From: Octopus bimaculoides
Taxonomy: Eukaryota
Direction: 5' to 3'
DNA: 52,882 nt
Assembly: GCF_001194135.2 (NCBI RefSeq)
Contig: NC_068983.1
Span: 20,800,012 to 20,852,893 of the forward strand
In this document: one piece after another, positions 39,050 through 49,945 of the stretch
How the letters are laid out: every line of letters starts with the position of its first letter
How positions within the stretch are numbered: the first letter of the stretch is position 1
Notes under the pieces: generated by a model
What the model saw: the letters and a program-made list of their open reading frames with translations, nothing else
The model's database searches: none
Told to the model about the DNA's origin: nothing
Translations under genes and position numbers: made by a program

Positions 39050-39720
39050 AAAACAGAAATGTCATTGATTCATGCAGGATTTAGAGCTCGGAAGATTCTA
39101 CATTTCTGTGGTTTGACGCAAATATTTGCGAATAATTTTGGTGTAACTGCTCGTTAAGAAAGTAAATGCCAGGAATGTGTAGACGGTCAAATTTCAGATG
39201 TACTTTGAGAAGTGCAGGTAGACGCCACATTCCTTTGCTGTTCAAATGAATTACCCCACGAAGGAAACAATCAGAAATGGAATGGAAGAATTTAATGGAA
39301 TTATAGGAAATATTCGGTAGATTTAGATTTACAGATGATATGATTTTGCTTATCAATGGTATATCAAAACTAAATAAATGATATATACTCCTAAAGAAAT
39401 AAGCAAAATCCTTTGGCTGAAAGATAAACATACATGGATGCGGGTACATTGAAACCGAGTTTGTGGATATAAGAAATTTATACCTGAATAAATATACAGA
39501 AGAGTCGAATGAGTTTAAATATTTTGGTAACTTATACAGGTAATGCTGGGTCTTTAGAAGTACGATTTTAGGGTAGATTTAACAGGAGAATTCAAGGAAT
39601 GGAAAGCTATGAAAATGTGCGAATATAACGCAAATTAGAAATTCATCGGTAGTTTAAAATGTATATGTCACTAGTAAAGAAAAGGTTTTCTATTTGGATG
39701 CGTGATTTGAACTCAGAATT
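39050..39720 (+). mobile_element. Decayed RTE-clade LINE, 3' part (RT core)
   Basis: FTDDMILL (RT (F/Y)ADD motif) near 39330 and FKYFGN (F.YLG) near 39515. It is collinear with 37190-38330 and separated from it by a SINE and other sequence. Confidence 0.7.
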
Positions 39721-39953
39721 TTGAGAACCGGAATTAATACTGCAAGGTATTTCTACACTTTGTCCTAACTATTTTCCCAGCTTGTTACCTTCTCATATTA
39801 TTATAGCCAACTGACATACCCTCTCGCATAACTTTTACATATATGTATGTGCGTGTATGGCTCTGTGTGCGCGTCTGTCTGTCTGTTTCTGTGTGTGTCT
39901 GTGTGCATGTGTGTGTGTATAAATATGCCTATGTATGTAAATGCATATGCATG

Positions 39954-40010
<57 letters not shown>

Positions 40011-40984
40011 GAGAGAGAGAGAGGGGGGAGAGAGAGAGAGAGAAACAGAGAGACTTATACAGACATACACGCTCATATGTTAGGAGACAGTCCAACAGAA
40101 GATTGGTTCAATAATATAAAAGAGCGCATGATTGGTTAGCTCCTGAAAATGTTAAGCTGTATAATCTCTGGAGATAGGTGTTTAGAGTATTGCCAAAAGA
40201 AAACATTCTGCTACATGTTTTCGAATAATACAATTCTACAATCCAATTAGAATACTCATGACGATATAAACACATAAGGAGTAAATTAGAATCGCTAACC
40301 GCTGAAATTGGGTGCTCCCAATACTCAGCTGGTGTCAGGTTTAATATATCTTATACCAACCTTCTGCAATAGGATAGGCGAGGAAATAACACAAAAGGGG
40401 TAGAAATGTGAAAATCCAATCAAGAAGAACGACGACTTTATTGAGTTGGTTATGAACTTGTCGAAATTAACTGCCCGCTTTCGAACTTGCCAAATGCAAT
40501 TCTCTTATGCATTTCCTCTTTCTGTTTCTTCTTTTTCCCCTTCTTATTCTTCTTCTTCTTCCCGTTCTTCTTTTCTATATCTGTCTATGCGACTGACGTC
40601 CTCAATCTACTTTAAGTGATCTCCCATAATGAAGCGCAGAAAATACAGTTTGTGTGACACACGCAGTGAATATTGCATGTTTTAATAAATGGTTATTGCT
40701 TAGTTTGACATTAATTGTCACTGTAAGCAAAATAGGGCCCCATCACGATAGATTGGACTGCCGGGAATGATAAGAGTGCTAACGCTGCATTTCTGACATG
40801 CAGACGATGCTAGCGTAATGAGGACGATCTAAGACAGAGAGATATCGGCAGATATTAGGTACATTTGTGAGTCTCTTCAATTTCTTTTCTTCCATAAGTT
40901 GCGCGACTTACAACCATAAATATATGCATACGCTCACGCACACATATTGGATAAGTAAAGTTACATATATATGTGTGGGTGCGC

Positions 40985-41032
<48 letters not shown>

Positions 41033-41654
41033 NNNNNNNNNNNNNNNNNNNNNNNNNNNNNNNNNNNNNNNNNNNNNNNNNNNNNNNNNNNNNNNNNNNN
41101 NNNNNNNNNNNNNNNNNNNNNNNNNNNNNNNNNNNNNNNNNNNNNNNNNNNNNNNNNNNNNNNNNNNNNNNNNNNNNNNNNNNNNNNNNNNNNNNNNNNN
41201 NNNNNNNNNNNNNNNNNNNNNNNNNNNNNNNNNNNNNNNNNNNNNNNNNNNNNNNNNNNNNNNNNNNNNNNNNNNNNNNNNNNNNNNNNNNNNNNNNNNN
41301 NNNNNNNNNNNNNNNNNNNNNNNNNNNNNNNNNNNNNNNNNNNNNNNNNNNNNNNNNNNNNNNNNNNNNNNNNNNNNNNNNNNNNNNNNNNNNNNNNNNN
41401 NNNNNNNNNNNNNNNNNNNNNNNNNNNNNNNNNNNNNNNNNNNNNNNNNNNNNNNNNNNNNNNNNNNNNNNNNNNNNNNNNNNNNNNNNNNNNNNNNNNN
41501 NNNNNNNNNNNNNNNNNNNNNNNNNNNNNNNNNNNNNNNNNNNNNNNNNNNNNNNNNNNNNNNNNNNNNNNNNNNNNNNNNNNNNNNNNNNNNNNNNNNN
41601 NNNNNNNNNNNNNNNATATATATTATTTATTATGTATATAGGAAGGAATTTCAA

Positions 41655-42755
41655 CCATGTTTCGTGGTCTGCTACCACAACAGCTCCTTTATAGGATCCA
41701 TTTAGCTCAAGACATCATCAGGAGGAACCACGTCCGGTTTCGGCCCCTACTTCTCTACCGTTTTGACGTGGCGGGGCCCCCCTTTCGGAGGTGTCTTCAG
41801 CTCTGGTGTTGGGTGCATGTCTTCTTTCTTCTATTCCCTGGCCTCTTCGATACATCATCAACGAGTATCAGTGTCCGACTGATCGTCATGTCAAATTCCC
41901 CTTTTTTATATCTGCTGCTAGGCTCCAGCAGGCTTCCCCAGCAACTTGTCACGTGACACTGTCTAAATTTCCCGCTGCTAGAGTCCAGTAGGCAGCGCCA
42001 GCAAGTTGTCACATGACACCGTCTAAACTTTAACTGACAATGGAGGCGCGAAGCCACTTCAGTGTCAGCCTGTCTCACCTAGGCATGTTATGACTTTGAA
42101 GCCATATTCGGTCTTCCCGCTTCAGCCATATATAGAAGCTAGCTTTTTCGACCGCATCCTGTATCCTCCTTGTCAGTTTTCTCAGTTCCGAGTTTGAAAA
42201 CGCAAATCTTCTCTTGAATAGCGCTGTCATTTTCCTTTCAATGAAGCCTCTAGCCCCCACTGCCAGATGGTAGTACTCGACAGTCCATCCCTGTTCTCTG
42301 CACTCTTCGATTAGTTTCTCGTATCTCTTCTCCTTTCGTTTCTCTGCATTGTCGATGTTTTCTTCCCATGGTACTGTCAGTTCTAGCAAGATTCCTATTC
42401 TCCGTTCTGTGTTCCATATGACTAAGTCTGGTCTTTTTGTTGTTTTTATAAGTGGAAAAATTGCTAGACTTCCCAAATCCGTGGCAAGCTCCCAGCATCC
42501 CTTCCATCTTTCATCTATCTCATATATTTTATTTGGAGGCCTGATCTTATGCCCTTTTCCCTCCTTCTGGAAGTATATTTTCCTGCGTTTTTCCACTTTG
42601 GGATACTGTCCTCTATTGTATCCCTTGATATTCTCCTTGAGTGCTGCGCTTATGACGCCGAGGACTTGATTATGGCGCCATGTATACCTTTCTAGTGCTA
42701 GTCTGCAGCTTGACAGAACGTGTCTCACCGTCGCTTTCTCTCCGCAAAGATTTGA
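41655..42755 (-). mobile_element. 5'-truncated RLE-type non-LTR retrotransposon, HERO/NeSL-like, with 3'UTR
   Basis: Partial zinc knuckle LCGEKATVRHVLSSC, then RYTWRHNQVL, KRPDLVIW, LLELTVPWEENI, KEKRYEKL and AVGARGF. These are PD-(D/E)xK restriction-like endonuclease motifs typical of HERO-like elements. The 3'UTR end is approximate and abuts a gap. Confidence 0.9.
42075..42755 (-). CDS. Uninterrupted C-terminal fragment of retrotransposon ORF (zinc knuckle plus restriction-like endonuclease); no native start
   Basis: The supplied 217-aa ORF extends upstream in frame to about 42755 (SNLCGEKATV). There are no stops or frameshifts. It is unlikely to be expressed as a full protein. Confidence 0.8.
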   Translation of the reverse strand, partial: SNLCGEKATVRHVLSSCRLALERYTWRHNQVLGVISAALKENIKGYNRGQYPKVEKRRKIYFQKEGKGHKIRPPNKIYEIDERWKGCWELATDLGSLAIFPLIKTTKRPDLVIWNTERRIGILLELTVPWEENIDNAEKRKEKRYEKLIEECREQGWTVEYYHLAVGARGFIERKMTALFKRRFAFSNSELRKLTRRIQDAVEKASFYIWLKREDRIWLQSHNMPR

Positions 42756-43219
42756 TTATGGCACCATATATTAAATATATATATATATCATATATATAAT
42801 ATACTGTATAATATAATATATATACATATATACATATNNNNNNNNNNNNNNNNNNNNNNNNNNNNNNNNNNNNNNNNNNNNNNNNNNNNNNNNNNNNNNN
42901 NNNNNNNNNNNNNNNNNNNNNNNNNNNNNNNNNNNNNNNNNNNNNNNNNNNNNNNNNNNNNNNNNNNNNNNNNNNNNNNNNNNNNNNNNNNNNNNNNNNN
43001 NNNNNNNNNNNNNNNNNNNNNNNNNNNNNNNNNNNNNNNNNNNNNNNNNNNNNNNNNNNNNNNNNNNNNNNNNNNNNNNNNNNNNNNNNNNNNNNNNNNN
43101 NNNNNNNNNNNNNNNNNNNNNNNNNNNNNNNNNNNNNNNNNNNNNNNNNNNNNNNNNNNNNNNNNNNNNNNNNNNNNNNNNNNNNNNNNNNNNNNNNNNN
43201 NNNNNNNNNNNNNNNNNNN

Positions 43220-43254
<35 letters not shown>

Positions 43255-44114
43255 GAGAGAAAGTGAGAGAAAGAAGGCGAGCGTGATTGGACATCAGATA
43301 AAACAGAGATGTCGATACATTCCATCGTTTCAGTTCTCACTAGTTTTCTTGAATACATATTTACGCACATGCAGACAGACGATGTAGAACATGTTCATCT
43401 GTGTACATACAAAGATATGTACACCCGTGCAATCATATTTTCCTGTTGTAATTCACTCTTTGCTTCTTTCTTCCTTTCTTTCTTTCCGTCCATATTCATC
43501 CTGTCTCTATGCCTCACTCTTTCCCTCCCCTGCACACCCTTCTCCTTTTCTCTTCTCCTCTCTCGTGGCTGTATTTGTCTTAATAAAAATAATGCATTTG
43601 CTAAATGCATTGCTAGTATATTTCTCCCAAGTTGAATTGAATAATTCTGCAGTAATCATCATTCTTGTACAGCTTGATCAAGAACAAGATTCTCATATCG
43701 AATAACAAGTTCCTGTCAAATTATTGGAGACATTAGTCCTACATAGGAATAATAATAAACTAATAAAGCTCCCCGCATTCGGTATGTTAACGTTAACTTC
43801 ACTGTCGGTTTCCATATGGATGGCGTCTCTGGGTGATTAATTCTCCTGATAGGTATACTTGAATACCTTGATTATGATATCGCACCACTGCAAAAAGTAC
43901 TTTAGACTCAGAAAGACAAGTCAGCGAATCCTTTACATGCGTGTATGTCTTAGTTGAGCAATGATGTTACGTACTGAGATTGTACACATACATCATACAT
44001 ACAAAATATACTAGCGATAGAACCGTTTTTTGTTCGACATGTAATACGACATATAATAGACTACATAGACCACGTGTAGGTTTAGGTATATATGCATGCG
44101 TATATGTACGTACG

Positions 44115-44582
44115 TCATTATTCAGTGTTATTTCAAGGTTTCTTGCTAACAGAGAAAGAGCCGTTTTCTAACCTAGATCTAATTCCTAGGAACCTCAACA
44201 TCAACAGAGGATTTTTGTGTGCATGTATCTATGTATATGTGCAGTTTGGTATGTTTTGTTTTATGTATGTATTCTCATGCATATAGTCGCATTTCTAGAC
44301 ATGCTCACATATATTTAAATTATAACCTTTTGGAAAGTTTTACAGATCTTTACTGTTCCAGAATTGGCTTGGATCTTTAGTCTTCGAATTAGCTTTTTCC
44401 TTTTTGATTTTGAGAAGCCTAATTTCTCAAGATTAGTATTTACGAAGTGTATTACATATCCAAGTGCTCCAACAATAACAGGTATAAACTTGAATTTGTA
44501 ATCTGGATAGAATAATTGCAGATTTTTCAATAGTTCAGCGTAGCTATTCTCTTTTTCACTGATGTTCAGCTCTATGTTAACT
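44115..44582 (-). mobile_element. 5'-truncated R4/Dong-like RLE retrotransposon 3' end
   Basis: EKENSYAELLKNLQLFYPDYKFKFIPVIVGALGYV...TVKICKTFQKVII* carries the K..Y..L and PVIVGALG RLE C-terminal motifs. It is followed by an ~200-nt putative 3'UTR ending GAATAATGA. Confidence 0.75.
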
Positions 44583-44634
44583 GAACCCAGGACCATGTGG
44601 TTTGTAAGCAAGCTACTCTACTACACAGCCACTC
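44580..44634 (-). mobile_element. SINE family A head only
   Basis: GAGTGGCTGTGTAGTAGAGTAGCTTGCTTACAAACCACATGGTCCTGGGTTCAGT, stopping inside the B box. Confidence 0.75.
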
Positions 44635-45049
44635 TTATGCCTTGTTAACTCGTTTCTGTTTTTTGTCATTGAGGTGGTTGTGATGTGTGCTAAAATTAAC
44701 AGTTAAATAGCGATTTTGGATATTTTATTTTTTAAGTTGTGCTATCGCATTAAATGCATATTAAATGCTTTAACTTACAAAATACATGTTGTTTACAAAT
44801 ATTGACAACGCCTGCTATTTTCAGGATGCTGATGATAAAATGTGTAGTCACGCACAAAATGACAGCTTCCAAATCCTGTTTCTTGACTGGGTGAAAATGA
44901 TCCAATTTTAAACCTCTATAACTTTTCTTAAAATATCTTTCTGGAAAAAAGTGAAATAGCTCTAGCGATTCAGGTTGGAAAAGTATATTATTGTGCCAAT
45001 TTTTTTTAAATCTTGAATAAACTTCAATTTTTGAAATGCTGGCAGCCAA

Positions 45050-45103
45050 ACCAACTAGATCCCCGAAATGATGAAAGGTAAAGTCGACATCGGCGTAATT
45101 TAA
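45050..45103 (-). mobile_element. SINE family B internal fragment next to (AAT)n
   Basis: CCCCGAAATGATGAAAGGTAAAGTCGACATCGGCGTAATTTAAACT. Confidence 0.65.
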
Positions 45104-45105
45104 AC

Positions 45106-45144
<39 letters not shown>

Positions 45145-45760
45145 TAATACGAAGAATAAGGATGGTGATGAGGAGGACGAGAGGGGGAGGAATTCTGGTT
45201 ACAGGCATACATGCATTTTATATATATATATATGTGTGTATACCTACGCATTATATGTAGCCATTCTCTTTGACAAAGTAGAAAACAATAGGATTCAGTA
45301 GGGACAATTGTTTGATTTCGAAGTAATTTTTCCTTTGAAAGAGAAAATATATGTGCATAGTTGTGAGTCTCTACATTTTAAACAACGTTAAAACAAAATT
45401 AAAATAAACCCACACTAAAATACGTACAATACATAAATACGCGAGTACAAAACTGTTACTCACACACACACACACACACACATAAAAACACGCACATACA
45501 TACCATACTATTTCTTTTTATATACATTTATATTGTGGTATAGCTAACCATCTTTCCTAGGAGACGTTACGCTGTTAAGTCTACTAGGCAGCACCACGCT
45601 GTCTGGAGGGAAAGGAATTTCCAATAGTACACAAGCAAGGGTAATTGGCTTTAATCCTACATCAATAAAGAGAATAATTTGCCCGTAAAATACCTAAAAA
45701 TACCAGTCACAAATACAGCGAAGTGACGCTATTGAAACCACTTACTGCTGATTAACTTTC

Positions 45761-45802
<42 letters not shown>

Positions 45803-45998
45803 AAACAGTAAATGAGTATATGCATATATACGTACAGATATGTGCATACGGACATCCACCTGTATGTATAGGTGCATATCCATATGTATATACATATATA
45901 TATAATGTATGTATGTGTGTGTATATGTGTAAATATACATATAGATATGTGTGTGTAAATATATATCTACATATGTATATATATATATATATATCCAC

Positions 45999-46072
<74 letters not shown>

Positions 46073-47019
46073 TTTTCTGTATATACACTGATGCATGCAT
46101 AGTTGTGTATAATTGTACAAGTTTGCATATATAAACAGGTTTACACACATAATACTTATAAATCTAGACATGAGTATGGATCCATATACACATATACAAA
46201 TATGTGTTTGAACTAATGGATATATATATGTATACATGTATCTATAAAAACACACACACACAAGCACACACGCATAGTCATAAGTATATAAGTATATATA
46301 AAAATGCATATGTATGTGTACCTATATATCTATATGTATATACACATGTGTGTGTGTGTGTGTGTATACACACATACGTATGCACATAAATGTATATGCA
46401 TAAACATATGTATACATAGATTTATGTGCGTACGCATGTATTTAGACATTTCTTTTCCCCTTCTCTCTCTCTATATATATATGTGTGTGTGTGTATGCAT
46501 ATCTGCGTGTGCGTGCGCGCCTGTCTACATTTCATATGGCATGTACAATTTGATTAATGATTTAATTGTATTGGAATGTGGGAACATTAATTATTTTATA
46601 AATATATATCTCCTTTATTAGATATAGAAGGTTACTGCGTGCAAGTTTTAATTATTTTATTCATTTAATACTTACTAATTCTTCCTACTCCACCTATCGT
46701 ATACTATTTATTCTGTAATTCCTGCTTCTTATGCGGATTAAATTACCACCTAGGAATCTGTAAAAACTTCCCTAAGACAAGTTGCGTAGATGTGCGTGTG
46801 AGAGAGAGAGAGACAGTGCGTATGCGGATGTGTGCGTAAATACATGTATATATGCATTAAACCCCACTTTTTTTCCATTTAAAATATAACCGATCACTAA
46901 TCCATAAATATAATGCAATGTGTGTGTGTTCATGTATTCAATTCTCTTTATTTTGCATAAACCTTTTCAGTAATCCACATATATATAAACATTTGCATCA
47001 ATACAAATACGTGTGTGTT

Positions 47020-47067
<48 letters not shown>

Positions 47068-47338
47068 TGTGTGCCTGAATATGCTATATATGTATATAAG
47101 TATATACGTGCATGTATAAATATGTGTATATGTGGGTGCATGTATGTATGCTTGTGTTTGTGTAGGCATGTGTATAGATAAGGAATGTTATTGTTAGTGC
47201 TATAAATATCTTTGGAAATATCATAAGTCTTCCATGTCAATCGTTCCAAATATTGAAGATTTTAACTTCGTGTTTAGTTTTGTGGATGGTATAAATCCTA
47301 TTCAAATTAAGAATACAACATTGCCAATATTGATAATA

Positions 47339-47560
47339 ATCCTTTCTACTAAAGGCACAAGGCCTGAAATTTTAAGAGTGGGGTGGGGGGTCTAGTCAAT
47401 TACATTGACCCCAATGTTTCACTAATACTTGATTTATCGACCTCGAAAGGGTGAAATGTAAAGTCGACCTCGGCGGAATATAAATTCAGAAAGTAAAGAA
47501 AGATGAAATGCCGTTTAGCATTTTGTCCGGCACGCTCCCGATGCTGGCATTGTGTTTCCT
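47339..47560 (-). mobile_element. SINE family B copy
   Basis: Tail CCTTTCTACTAAAGGCACAAGGCCTGAAATTTT; the body matches the other copies; (AAT)n flank. Confidence 0.8.
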
Positions 47561-47564
47561 TACC

Positions 47565-47585
47565 ATAATAATAATAATAATAATA

Positions 47586-47639
<54 letters not shown>

Positions 47640-47877
47640 ATTTTGCCACAGGGGCGTCAATTTTGGTGAAGGGGATAAGTCGATTACATCGACACCAGTG
47701 TTCAACTGGTATTTATTTTATCGACCCCGAAAAGATGATAGCTAAAGTCGATTTAGGTGTCATGTGAACTCAAAACGTAAACCAGTAGAAATGCTGTTAT
47801 ACTTTTTGTTCGGCGCGGCAACGGTTCTACCAGCTCATCACCTTAATAGTAACACTAACAGCAAAATCAATAACAAC

Positions 47878-47910
<33 letters not shown>

Positions 47911-47940
47911 TTTAATAACAACAACAACAACAACAACAAC

Positions 47941-47982
<42 letters not shown>
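47565..47982. repeat. (AAT)n/(ATT)n/(AAC)n tracts interleaved with SINEs
   Basis: Read directly. Confidence 0.9.
47638..47846 (-). mobile_element. SINE family B copy
   Basis: GTCGATTACATCGACACCAGTGTTCAACTGG..CCAGCTCATCACCTTAATA; (ATT)n and (AAT)n flanks. Confidence 0.8.
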
Positions 47983-48232
47983 TCTTGTTTTATTGGCCAC
48001 AAGGGCTAATAGGAATTAAAAACATGTAAGGACAAAGACAGAACGAAAAGTACAAAGGGTTTTGTCTGAAAAGAAAACGTTCGTGTAAACAATAATAACA
48101 GCGAAAGATATAACAAATAAAACTCCCAATAGGGGGAGGCGCTTCGAAAGGTTACACGTGGAAAAAAACCCATAAAACCCACGGGAGCCTGGTCAGGAGG
48201 GGTAGAGAGCCCCTTCTCCTTTTATATTACCT
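47983..48232 (-). mobile_element. Possible LINE (L1/Tx1-like) 3'UTR fragment
   Basis: The minus strand has a T-rich 3' region ending CCCTTGTGGCCAATAAAACAAGA, followed by an (ATT)n tail. There is no coding evidence. Confidence 0.3.
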
Positions 48233-48504
48233 TTTTTTTTTTATACAGGTGTAAGCTCAGAATTGGTCCGTTCATACTGGCCATTTTACCAATAAATTTA
48301 CTACGAGACAGCACTTCCCTCTCTACTCAAGTGACTAAAAATATGACATATGACACATTACGTCATGCAACAGGATTAAAAATACATGTAGGACGTACAT
48401 ATGCATTAAGCGGCGAATGGGGCAATGATGCCATAGAAAATGGACGATATGTTAAAATTTCATAAACAAAGGAAAGCATCTATCTGCCTGCTCGCCACCT
48501 TAAT

Positions 48505-48537
<33 letters not shown>

Positions 48538-48561
48538 CAATAATAATAATAATAACAATAA

Positions 48562-48623
<62 letters not shown>

Positions 48624-49552
48624 ACAGCAAGAAATTCCCATCTCGAATGGATAGGATGACAAGGTTAATTAACTTTAATCCTACATCAACAAAGCAATAT
48701 AATTTACCGGTACGATACCAAAAAATACCTGTCATAGATACAGTGAAATATAGCTATTTAAACGAGCAATCCTTCTCCGTTTCCGTTTGAAAACTGCAAC
48801 TTCCGAGTTATCTTTGAACACGTTTGGTCTTAGCTTAACCTCAACTAATCACGCAGTTTCCCACGGGAACTGGGTGTGCCCCGTCGATAGACAGCTAATG
48901 GAATTGCACCAGAAGTGTATCATTTTGTTGTACGAAGTGTTCATACCCTATCGCTTCTGCAAGCAGCATTGTATTGTTTTGTCCGCCTTTAGCTTTTTCA
49001 TCGATGTATTTCAGGACTTCGTGGTTATTGTTCTTTTACCGTCCATGTGAAACCCTTACTTCGTTTTTCAGGAGAAATAATATAATTAATGATTATCATT
49101 GATCGCTCTTACATGTAATTCTCGGAGCACTCTAAATTTGTTCTGGATTTAATTGTATAGACGGTAATTCAGTAAAACAATAGTTTTTGTACATTGAAAC
49201 ATTTGTGTTGAGGAGCGAGTAAAAGAAATAAAATTACGTCAGTGGTGAATAATAATGATGATGATGGTAATAATAATAGTAATAATAACAATAATAAAAA
49301 AACACGCTTGATACATCAACACCAGACTATCTCCGGTCCCAAACACCATGTACAAAAAAATTACAAATAAATTAAATAATACCGGTATTATTCAACCCAA
49401 GAATAACAATCGAGAAGTGCGTACTCTAAACTTGTTACACAAAAAGTACGAAAAAATACACGTGCAAAACACGTGAGGAATATATTTCAAACCTACACGC
49501 TTATTTTACAGCAGTACTCTACCCAAAGAACGAAAACTCAACAACATATACA

Positions 49553-49740
49553 CTTACAAATATATATAACATACAGAAAATAGCACTTCTGGGCACTGCA
49601 CACATCCTATGCAAAACACTTTCAATACAGTAACCATAATAGCATCACAGCAAACCACAGCACATACCCAAGGCACACAGAGCTGCGCTCGGTAGTGAAG
49701 TGAAAGCACGTTATAAAAATAAAACTACTGAATGATAATA
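49553..49740 (+). mobile_element. R4/Dong-like RLE retrotransposon extreme 3' end
   Basis: LTNIYNIQKIALLGTAHILCKTLSIQ* (stop 49631-49633) resembles the R4/Dong C-terminal QK..LLGTA.IL motif. An ~100-nt 3'UTR runs into (TAA)n. Confidence 0.7.
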
Positions 49741-49754
49741 ATAATCATAATAAA

Positions 49755-49945
49755 CTTTTCTTCTCTAAGCACAAGGCCCGAAAATTTTGGGGAGGGGCCA
49801 GTCGATTAGATCGACCCATCGACTCCGAAAGGATGAAAAGCAAAGTCGACCTAGGGCGGAATTTGAACTCAGAACGTGCAGAACGAAGAAGTGCCGCAAA
49901 GCAGTTTGCCCGGCGTGATAAAGATTCTGCCTGCCCGCCGCCTTA
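49755..49945 (-). mobile_element. SINE family B copy with small internal deletion
   Basis: GCACAAGGCCCGAAAATTTTGGGG..GGAATTTGAACTCAGAACGT..CTGCCTGCCCGCCGCCTTAATAAT. Confidence 0.85.
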
